Part shown: positions 19,838-31,000 of the stretch, piece by piece
Numbering within the stretch: the first letter of the stretch is position 1
Layout of the letters: each line of letters opens with the position of its first letter
Source of the DNA: Bacteroidetes bacterium 2013_40CM_41_45
GTDB lineage: Bacteria > Bacteroidota > Bacteroidia > AKYH767-A > 2013-40CM-41-45
Assembly (NCBI GenBank): GCA_002215675.1
Contig: NGFH01000002.1
Span: forward strand, 76,975 to 140,974
DNA length: 64,000 nt
Reading direction: 5' to 3'
The notes under the pieces: generated by a model
Databases searched by the model: none
The model's input: only the letters and a program-made list of their open reading frames with translations
Told to the model about the DNA's origin: nothing
Made by a program: the position numbers and the translations under genes

Positions 19838-21901
19838 ATGAATAAACTTTTTCTAAATACAGCGACCGACCGTAGCAGAAAGTTTCACATCTTGAAATTA
19901 AAAACTGTTTTTAGCAAACTTCTTACTCTTGATAAAGAAAACTACTTTGAAAACTCAACTCAAAATTATTTTTCGTTCCTAAGCAAAATCAAAGCAGCAA
20001 ATTTAATTGAGCACAGCACAGATTTTTTTTGGAGTGTGGTTCACAGAGTAAGCAATGTACTTGACAAGAACAACAAAGATGAAATAGAGAAAACTTACAT
20101 CTACTTTCTTTTAAATTCATTTGATTGTTTTTACTCACTACTTCCAATTAATTCCCAACTTCAATTCAAAGGAATTGGGAGTAATGATGTCATACTGCCA
20201 AAACTGGGTCTTTCTTTAGGCTGTTACCTTGACAGCAGTACAACACTTTGCAAGGTTAGTGATACCTCCTTAAGTTATAAACTGAAAAAGTTTGATAGTA
20301 TTCCCGATAACAATTATCTAATTTTCCTCAATGAAATTCCCCAATGGTTCAAGCTAAAACAGGAAATTGTTTGCCAACGGATTTCAGTTATCTCTCAAAA
20401 GCATGAAAGCATTTTTGAAGAGCATTATTATAAAGACTGCTGTGAAAATATTTTTCTATCACACTTATTAAAGCAGAAAATAGACAGAGCATTTGAAATA
20501 ATTAAATTAACTGATATTGATTTGTATCACAAGTTAATTTCTTCAATTGACTATATAATTCCGTATGGGAACGACATTGAAAAAAAATATCCAAACTTTG
20601 CAATTGCGACACTGAAAAAAACTATATTTCTTTCTATTGACTTGCTTTCAGAATCAGACATTCATGTAGCCGAGTGCATAATACACGAATACAGCCATTG
20701 CGAATTACACTGCGTGCAAGACACAATATTGCTGACAAATATTGAGAACAATATTTTGGAGTATTACTCGCCTTGGAGAAAAGATCCCCGCCCATTGTTG
20801 GGACTTATTCATGCAATTTATATTGGTAACGAAATTCTGACGTTTTACTTTACATATCTGCAGAATAGAAATAATAATTCTGACGAAATAATATCGGTTA
20901 GAAAAAAGGTAGAAATTATTGTTCACCAAATTATTATTGCCATAAGACAAATAAAAAAATATCAATTAACTGATTTTGCATTAGAATTGATGAATAGTAT
21001 TCTAAAATCAACTCACGAAATTGCCGAACACTTATCAATTTCTACATCAAATCCACTAGAGGAAATAATTAATCATATTCAAATTTGGAAATCAAATAAT
21101 CCAAACGCAGTTATTGTTGAGAAAGAATTTAATCCATACGAAAATTCAGCTGACTTTTACGACCTTGATTTTACTGGACCTCAATATGAGGATGTTCAAT
21201 TTTATTTAGACCTAGTGAAGCAACATTGCAATGAAGTTCTTGAATTGTGTTGCGGAACGGGTCGAATAACAATCCCAATTGCCAAAAACAATATTAGTGT
21301 TACCGCAATTGACGTCTCAAAAAAAATGCTATCCATTTTTAGAAATAAATTAAAGCAGGAGCAAAGCGAAGTATCCAGTCGAATTAATTTAATTGAAGCA
21401 GACATGGTGAATTTTTCTTTAAGCAAAAAATTCAACTGTATTCTAATTCCCTTCCACTCTTTTCAAGCGTTGACCGACACTTCTCAAATTTCACAAGCAT
21501 TGAAAACAATCTTTCAACATTTAACCGATGAAGGAGTTTTTATTCTCAACTTATTCAGACCGCTTGACGACATGAAAGGGTTGGAAGGTGTTTGTGAGTC
21601 AAAGACCGTTACCGATGACAATGGTGAAATTATCTACAAAAAAAATTGCATCAACACATTTGTTGATACTTCACAGCAAGTTATTTACTACGAGTTACAA
21701 TACTTTCCTATGAACCAAGAGAACGAAGGCCGATGTGTAATTGAAAATCTAAAAACAAAATATTATTATTCAGGTCAAATAAGAGAAATTTTACAGCGAC
21801 ATAATTTTAATATTGAAACAGAATATTACGGGTTTAAAAATGATTCCGCTGATAAAAACAGTTCAGCAGAGTTGACTTTGATATGTAAAAAGAAAATTTA
21901 A
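19838..21901 (+). CDS. Fusion protein: N-terminal HExxH-motif domain (~430 aa) + C-terminal class I SAM-dependent methyltransferase
   Basis: HExxH motif at IHEYSHCELH. Methyltransferase motif I VLELCCGTGRITIPIA, post-I acidic residue (TAIDVS) and motif II (FNCILIPF). Confidence 0.6.
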   Translation: MNKLFLNTATDRSRKFHILKLKTVFSKLLTLDKENYFENSTQNYFSFLSKIKAANLIEHSTDFFWSVVHRVSNVLDKNNKDEIEKTYIYFLLNSFDCFYSLLPINSQLQFKGIGSNDVILPKLGLSLGCYLDSSTTLCKVSDTSLSYKLKKFDSIPDNNYLIFLNEIPQWFKLKQEIVCQRISVISQKHESIFEEHYYKDCCENIFLSHLLKQKIDRAFEIIKLTDIDLYHKLISSIDYIIPYGNDIEKKYPNFAIATLKKTIFLSIDLLSESDIHVAECIIHEYSHCELHCVQDTILLTNIENNILEYYSPWRKDPRPLLGLIHAIYIGNEILTFYFTYLQNRNNNSDEIISVRKKVEIIVHQIIIAIRQIKKYQLTDFALELMNSILKSTHEIAEHLSISTSNPLEEIINHIQIWKSNNPNAVIVEKEFNPYENSADFYDLDFTGPQYEDVQFYLDLVKQHCNEVLELCCGTGRITIPIAKNNISVTAIDVSKKMLSIFRNKLKQEQSEVSSRINLIEADMVNFSLSKKFNCILIPFHSFQALTDTSQISQALKTIFQHLTDEGVFILNLFRPLDDMKGLEGVCESKTVTDDNGEIIYKKNCINTFVDTSQQVIYYELQYFPMNQENEGRCVIENLKTKYYYSGQIREILQRHNFNIETEYYGFKNDSADKNSSAELTLICKKKI

Positions 21902-22066
21902 TGACAACTTAAACCAATTACGTAACTAATGGCAATCGCTTCCAGTAAGTTGTGGCTAATTTAAAAGGTATTCTTAAAATAAGAACAGATCGCGAATCAA
22001 CTGATAATAAAATAGCTATTCGTTATTCAGAACTGTAAGGTGCGTTATTGTATAGAGGCATTGTAT

Positions 22067-25000
22067 TTACATCTTCACAATCTTCTTCGTCACAGATTTC
22101 TTTCCTATATTTATTTCAATATAATAAATTCCTGGAGCCTTTTCTCGAAGGTCAACTTCATGCTTCGTTTCATTTTTTAAATCTTTCTGTTCACTGACAA
22201 TGCTACCTATTACATCAAATATTTTCAGTGACCGTTTGTCTTTATTGTTAGATTTTATTTCCACAGTAAATATTCCTTCAGTTGGATTGGGATAAATTGA
22301 AATCGTATTTAAACCATTCAATTCATTTATACCAACAGTGCATGGATTAATATTGATTGAATCTGAAATGGTGGAACAGCCAAAAGAATTGGTTACAATA
22401 CCGTAGTAATAACCATCACCAACACATAATAATGTATCGTCAGTTCCCGGAGTTGGACTACTTTGATAATACCATTGAATAGTATCTGAAGAAGTTACAG
22501 GAGAGATAATAATAGTATCATTGATATGAATTAATGGTAGAAGAATAGGTGATAGATTAACGCTTACCGTCACTTGCGCTGTTGCCGTACAACCAAGAGC
22601 ATTACCTATTACAGTGTAAGTTGTAGTCGTTGTCGGATTAGCTGTAACACTTACGCCACTTGGTGCACTCAATGCCGTTGCAGGACTCCATGTATATGTG
22701 TTCGCCCCTGCCGCTGTCAAGAGTGTAGATTGTCCCGAACAGTAAGTTACATTCGGAGAAACAGTTGTTACTGGAGTTGGGTTGACTGTTACAGTCACCT
22801 GTGCTATTGCTATACAACCATTATTGTCGGTTCCAGTAACTGTATATGTTCCACTATCAGCAAGAGTAATATTTGTTATGATTGGATTCTGCAGTGAAGA
22901 AGTGTAACTGTTTGGACCTGTCCACGAATAAGAAGTAGCGCCATTCGATATGAGATTCAACACTACTCCTTCGCAAATTATGTTGTTGTTACCAGCTGTT
23001 ACAACTGGATTCGGATTTATGGTAACAATTGTAATTACAGCGGCAGAGCAGCCGTTAGAATCGATTACAGTTACTGAATATATTCCCGTATCTGCAAGAG
23101 TGACTGTTGGTATTGCAGGATTCTGAACCGAAGAAGTGTAACTGTTTGGACCTATCCACGAATAGAAAGTACCTCCGCTTGCCGTAAGATTCAAAGTTGT
23201 TCCTACGCATATAGCACTGTTGCTTCCCGCAATAGCGTTAGGTGGAGCATTTATTAAAATAGAAATTGAATCTGCAACATGGCATCCCAAGCTGTCTGTA
23301 ATTTCAAGTATCACAACAGCGGAAGAATCTATTTGAATTGTTTGGGATGTTGAGCTATCACTCCAATGATATGTATTTGCGATGGGCGATGTTAATTGAA
23401 TGCTACCACAAACGGTCGTGTCATTCCCTAAATTTAAGCTAAGACCATTTTGAACAAATACGATTGTTGTATCAATCATTTCAACATTCCCTGCACTATC
23501 TAAAGAATAAAATTCAATTACATTCAATCCTGCATTAGTGACGGTGACGGTTGTATCTGAAATCCAGTTGCCATTATTTATTCTATATCTTGTTTCAGAA
23601 ACTCCGGAATAATAATCATAAGCAGAAAGTGAAAATGTGTAATTACAAGAGTTGGTAGTGTCAACGTTATTACTGATAGTCAATGGGGGTGTTTTATCAA
23701 TCATAACTTTGTAGCTACAAGTCACATCAGAAAGGTGACCAACTGAATCCTGTGAAACAATATGAATATACCAAATGCCATCCGACAACCTTGTGTTGCT
23801 TGTATCCATGGCAGGAATAGTAGTAATAATTAAAGTGTCTGAATTAACTGAGAAGCCGGTTTGATTAACCTGGTATGCAGAATCATGATTAAGCATAAAG
23901 TAGTATCCAACAACTGTAGAAGTGTCGACAGGATCAACCCAATTTAAAGCAATACTGTCATTTTGATTCCATTGATTTTGGTTAGGATGGGTTGGCGATA
24001 TCAATAGTGGGCAAGGTGGATTATCCAAGTCAATATATACCGTAATTTCATTAGACCAGCTTCCAATATTACCAACAAAGTCAATATCTCTGACTTTAAT
24101 ATGATGCGTGCCTGTTGTTAAAGTAGGGTGATGCGAAAAATTAAATCCGATATTAATCGGAGCTTGATTATTTATTTCAACTTCAAAAAAATCTATCCCG
24201 CTTCCAACATCTCCTGGATTCAACCATGCAAGGTAAGGTGAATCATGGGTAGTCCATAACGTGCCACAGTGGTACTCTGCAATAAGTGGTGCATTAGGCG
24301 GTGTGTTATCATATTTCATTTCACCAACTCCAGGTTGACTTAAATTTCCAAAACTGTCTTTTGCCCTGACATAAACATAACTGATGCCCTCAATATTAAC
24401 AGTAAGATTTACTGAAAGATTTGTTCCAACATTTATCCACGGGTTGCCATTGACCGAGTATTCATAAGTGACACTTCCGCTATTATCAAACACCTGATTC
24501 CACGATACAATAAAATTAGGAGAAGCAGACCATGATGAAGGATTTACCGTTACAACCGGAGACGATGGAGGAATTAAGTCTGGAATAAAAATATTTCGTG
24601 ACGCGGAATTATTTGTGTCATTGCTTTCCGTAATTTGACCGAAAGGATCAACTGAAATGGTTACAATATGGTAACCAACTGGATAATTAAATGTGAAAAT
24701 AACAGTATCAATCTGTCCGGCTGAAAAATTTAAAATCAAACTGTCAATGACATAAGAGTTTATGACAAAATGAATCTTGACACCATTCGCTGACCCTGCA
24801 CCGTTATTTTGAACAATTGCAGAAACAGTATTTGTGATTGAATCCACATGAGTATAAATAATATTCTGCGCCAGCACTTCTAAGTCAGGTAACGTATCAT
24901 GAACCTCTATTGCAGTAGAAGCATAGGCAGTGAGTAATGAATTATCTGTTGCTGTTATGCCGATTGTATAAGTTCCGTTTGTGGGTGTGTTCAGAGCTAC

Positions 25001-28000
25001 CCGCCATGTTGCTGATGAAGAATCAAATTGCATTGTGTAGTTGCTGCTTTGGTAATTTGCAACAACAGAAATTATAGAATCATTATCGGTTATGTATGAT
25101 TCAACATTTACAATTCCTCCTTCATAATTTGGGGAGGACGTGTGAATGAAATGAATGACCGGTGGTTCGTTATCTTGTACTGTTACCTGTATTGAATTGG
25201 AATTATTTAAATCATTGCTTTCAGCAATCTGATTTTGCGGGTCAATGACTGCCATTAGTTGATGCGTTCCGACTAAAGATTGCCAATGAAGAACTAAAGG
25301 TATTGTATCAAAAGCGTCCATAGAATTGATCACAATTGAGTCAACAATTTGGCTATCGGAAAGCAGATAAACGACTACATTGGAAACACTCGATATAGAA
25401 TAATTAGAAACGACAAGCGAAAATGCTGCGTTTGAATTTGGAAGGACAGAGTAGTTAGTTGAAATGGTATTCACTGCAAGGTCAGGCAGAGAATCTACGA
25501 CAGTAAATTGAACAAAAGCTGCTGATTGGAAACCGTTCGAATCTGTGAACAAAACTGGCAAGGAATAATTTCCGGTTTGTGTCGGATAAATCTGCACAGA
25601 GTATGCACTGTCTAATGAACTGAAAGGCATTAAAGTATTGAGATTATTCCAAAGAACAGTAACTGATGCATTAGTTGTTGCCGGAGCAGAAACAAGTTGA
25701 ACATTCGTTGGCGAACCAAGCGATACTACAGCAGGTATTGCTTGTGCGTTGAGTAAGTAAGTAGGAACAGGAACACAAAATTGATGGTTTACCGAGACAG
25801 AGTTATTTGCTTCGTTTGTTTCTAAGATTGAATTGGCACTATCTATTACTACATTGAAAAGGTGACTTCCACAAACGACTTGCCAGGGGAAAGAAAATAC
25901 TAAAGACGAATCGTGAAGAATATTTGCCGACTGATTTCCAATGTTGAATCCATCAACTCTCAGAATTACGTTTACATTATTTAAATCTATGCTTCCAGAA
26001 TTCCTGACTTTTGCTTGTATTAAAACATTACTTCCTGAACCCGATGATGAAGGAACAAAAAGAAAATCCGAATTGAATACTTTTAAGTCCGGTAAGTTTT
26101 GCAATACTTGAATGCTGATTGTAGTAGAAGATGAAAGACTATTTACATCGTAAGCGGTGATGACAGCATTTGAAGTTCCTACTGTATTCGCATTTATGTA
26201 GCCCTCATAGAAAGTAGTAAACGAGTTATAGGTCAGTAAAACATTTTGGCTTTGCCAATTAACAATCACTGATGATATACCTGTTGAATCAATCGTATTC
26301 ACCTGAAAGAAAACCGGGTTACTAACATGTGCCGGATTAGGGGTGGCAGATGCCTGTAAAATTGATGGCGGATAACTGTCATGGACAACAATATACCGAA
26401 TACCAGTGTTATTGTTTTCATCCGATTCAGCAATGACATCTAACGGGTCTGCTTTCACACCAATAGTATCTTGTCCCAACTGTGCAAGCCAATTAAAATT
26501 TAACTGTGCTTGCGAGAGAGCACCTAATGTAACCGTTTGTGTCTGGAATGGCACTCCATCTATAACCAAAGCAACGTCCGCATTTGCAATTGTCTGGTTG
26601 CTATTATTTTTTACAATAGCGGACAAGTGAACCGTATCAGAAATAAACAATTCGGATGGGGAAATAATAATTCCATTATTTTGAATTTCTAAGTCAGGCG
26701 TTGACGAATAGACATTAACGTATAGGATAGTATCACTTGTTAATCCGCTTCGGTCCATTGCAATGACCCGAATAGGAAATAAACCAACTGAAGTTCCGGC
26801 ATTCACCATTACCGAAAAGTTATTGCCCGAAGTATTATTCAATGAAAATGTATTGTTCTGATAAGTACATTCAACTGAAGAAATAATATCGTTATCAGTT
26901 ACTGTAGCATTAACATTAAAATTTCCATTCTGTAAAACATTGAATGGAGTGACAACCGCTGACAATATTGGTCTAATGGTATCAATAATGTAATAATTGA
27001 TAGACAGACTATCTAACTTCAGCTGGCCTGCGCTCGAAGAATACAATTTTACTGGAATAAGGATTGGACCCTGACCTGTTGAATTTACAGAAATGTAGTT
27101 GTTAAGTTCAGTAGCAAAATCGGGCGTAGTTTGATTATATTGATAAACTCCAGAATAAACCCACTCATAAATTCCATTATCTGCAACATCAATCTTGGGA
27201 CCAAGTGGATAAACCTGCTGGTAACTTGGCTGGGAAATAGTAAATGTTTTAAGAGTAATTAGCTCCCACAATCCCGAAGTATTATTTTTAATATAGAAAT
27301 TAACTTTCCAAATACCCGGTATTGATGCAGGTACATTATTAGCAATATTTATCCAACTCCATGCTTTTAAACTTCCATACCAAGCATTATTACCAGGGTC
27401 AGGGGTTGTAGTTGTAACCTGTGAATATAGGGTATTATCAGGTTTTAACCATTCCCATTTTAATTGCAAAGATTCAGCTATGTCATTCAGGGAAACCCAA
27501 CAAAAAGCTGTTGTATCCGATATTCCTGAAAATGTAGTTACACCAGGAGAAGTAGGCAAATAGGAAGAAACATCTTTACATAGAGTAATTGATGCTGCAT
27601 CGGGAAAGGTTGAATTATAAACGGTATCCTTAACAAAATAACTTACAGTATAATAGTTTGTTGTTTCATAAGTGAAGTTGCCACCCACAATATCTTTTGA
27701 AAAATATTTTGTATAGAACCTGCCCTTATCAATTTCAGAACCCCAAGTCCAAGCTTTATACCATGCAAAAGTTGAGGCGTTGCTAATACTATCTTCTAAC
27801 CACCAATTAAAAAAATTATCGGAATCGTAATTTTCCCAACGCCAACCTAAAAAATTAGTTGCTAAATTATCAAAGTACAACCAATGATATACGGTTTCGC
27901 CTCTTCTAAAAACATTCTTTTCAGTTATACAATCATAAGGAGTAGAAGACATAACACTATCAGCCGTGGTAGCCCTCACAAAACGATAATTCCCTCTCGG

Positions 28001-31000
28001 AGTATTCAAAGCGGGATTGCTAAATGATGAAATAATATTTGAAGTAACATAACTGATCCCCTGAATTGTATCTGTATAAATTGTACTTAAAGGGAGTCCT
28101 GTTATTTTAGCAGTTGCTTGCGTCACAGACGAAACAGAGGGCAAGCTAATATACGCTATACTGTTTCCTCCGCCCAGAGGATAAATAAATGTTTGGGAAG
28201 AAAGCCCATTTGAAAACGTATCTGATAAAAAATACATATAGGGTTGGTAAATAAAAAAAAGATTTGTAGTATCTGTATTTCCGAATGAATCAGTTGCTAC
28301 AAGTTTTATTTCATGTATTCCAGTTGAAAGTGCTGTCAACGACAAGTAACTACCTGAACCAAGTAAGCTATTATTGCTGCTATACCAGCTTAGGTTGCTC
28401 TGGCCCAAAATGCCATCTTCATAATCTATTCCCTGGCCCAATAAATTAACTGTATCACCTTGGGCAAATATGCTATTGGGCATAGGGCTCAATATACTCG
28501 CGACTGGTTTTCCATCATTAATGGTAATAGAGATTTGAGCAGATGTAGAAGCTCCCAATGTATCTAAAGCAATAACACTAATAGTATGGTTGCCAACTGA
28601 GAGGGTATTTATTGGAAGCTGTCCACCAGTTCCAAGAGAACCATCAATATTGGAAGACCAACTTATCCTGTGATTTGGTAAAACTCCTTCTTCGTAGTCA
28701 GTAGCATTTGCTTTTAGAGCAACTGTGTCTCCGTGTGCAAAATGATTATTATTAAAAGGAAAGTAAATTGAGACAACAGGTTGGTGCGGTGGTTCTATAT
28801 AGAAATTTACCGCGGCTGAACCGGTGAAACCATCTTGGTCAGTAGTAGAAAGAGTAATCGTTTGATTGCCGGCAATGAGAGAGTTTGTTACAATACTACT
28901 ACCCGTTCCTAAAAATCCGTCAGCATCAGAATGCCATTGCAAATTGCTGCCCGAGATGATTCCATCTTGTGGATCGGTTGCGGTTCCAGAAAGTGTAATG
29001 CTGTTTCCAAAAAAGAAATTCGCACCATTTGCAGGTTGGGTAATCGTGCAAACTGGTATACCAGCATCAATAAAAATATTATTCGAGACAACAGTGCTGT
29101 CAGCACCGTTACTATCTATTGCTTTGAGAGAAATAATATGATAGCCATAGGTCAGCGAACTGATTTGAAGCGTATCACCAAATCCCAAAAATCCATTGAT
29201 GGTTGAATACCATTTCAAATTTGTTCCATGCAAAGCGCCATCCTGTAAATCGGTTGCATGACCTATTAAGTTGATTGTGTCGTGATAATTAAAAGTTTGA
29301 TTTGATAGCGGCTGAGAAATTACCGGAACAGGAGGAGTGAATATTATATTTATAGAAATTGTTGCTGTGTCAGTTGAACCTGCGTTATCCTGTACAGATG
29401 CAGTAATGATATGACTGCCGGGTTGCATCATTACAGATATACTTTGCCCTGTTCCAAGATAACCCTGAAGATTAGAATACCAATGTACTACACCCGAGAT
29501 ATTACCTTGCGGATAATCTGTAGCTGTTGCCTGACACGTTACTAATTGATGCTGGTAAAAAGTTGAATTGGCTGACGGAGCAGTTATCGCAACCTGCGGC
29601 ACTCCATTTAAAACAGTAATTTGTCTCGATGCAGTTGCCGAGTGTCCGCTTGTGTTTTGTGCCGTAAGAGAAATAGTTTGGTTGCCCAATGACAACTGAC
29701 GGTTAATGTTACAGCCAATCCCAAGCATGCTATCAATGTTGGAACCCCAACTTGCACTGCCGCATAAAGAACCATCATTTAAATCAAGAGCATTGCCTGA
29801 AAAAAATATGCCAGTATTATTCGGTAAGGTATCACCAGTGAGCGGAGAATTTATTATAACAACCGGGTAACCCTGAGGAAAAACATAGAGGTTGATATAT
29901 GCGGATGCAGTTTGCCCATGTGAGTTTGTTCCTGTAAAAGTGATAGTATGGTTTCCTGTAGTAATGGAAGCTATTGTCAAATAGCTTCCATTACCTAACA
30001 CACCATCAATGTTTGAAGCCCAGGAAAGATTGTTGTTACTCAAATAACCATCGTGCGGATCATAAGCAAATCCCGAGAACGTCACGTTTTGATTTGCTAT
30101 GGCAGAGCCATTGGCAGGAGAAACAACAGTTACCAAAGGAATGTTGTTTTCTATCAATAGAGAATCAATGGCGATGTTGTTTGTTTCCTTTTTCTCTACC
30201 ACCTGATTACCTTCATCAATAGTCAGGATTAGTTTTTTATTTCCATAAGTAAGAGGCGTCCAGGTAAAAGAAACGTTTTGACTGCTGAATGAATCAATGT
30301 TATTAATGATTTGCTGACTAAGAAGAATATTTTGAAGCTGGCTCTGTGAATTTGTATATTGTTCATAAAGCCGCACAGGAAATTGCTGCGCATTTTTATT
30401 ACCGAAATTGTAAATCGTAGCATCAATCTGTATGGTATCACTTAATATTCGGTTAGTAGTTTGTGGAAGGATTATTCCAATCAGGTCCGCAATGGGGTAA
30501 TCAAGAGTGCCCCCATAAAAATATACTGTTGAATCCTGACTGACGTAACTTTTATCTTGGAAAACTATACTGTCTCTCAGAATTTGTGTTGAAGAATAGC
30601 TGCCGGAATCAATCGGATTGATGTTCGACATAACACAACCTCCATAAGTGGTGTTTCTATTCGCACCATTGAAATCGGTGGACGAAACTGTTGTTGTAAA
30701 TACATTGGACAGGGTAAAACAGGAATGCCAAAAACTATTTATTGTTTGATTGGTAACTGGAATATCAGTTATCCCTGTCATATCGTGGCTGTCAAATAAA
30801 TAACTAAAAGGTTTGTTAGGGTGATTCCACGCCTTGTATTGTTTGGCGAGTGCTATCGTAGTATATATCTGTCTTATTTGACTGAATGCAGAATGATTAT
30901 TTAATAAATTCCTGACAGCGGGTTCACGACTTGTTAGTTGTCCGGTAATCCAATTGTCAAAGGTATTCAGTCTGTTATTTAGGTCATTAGTTTCATTTTG

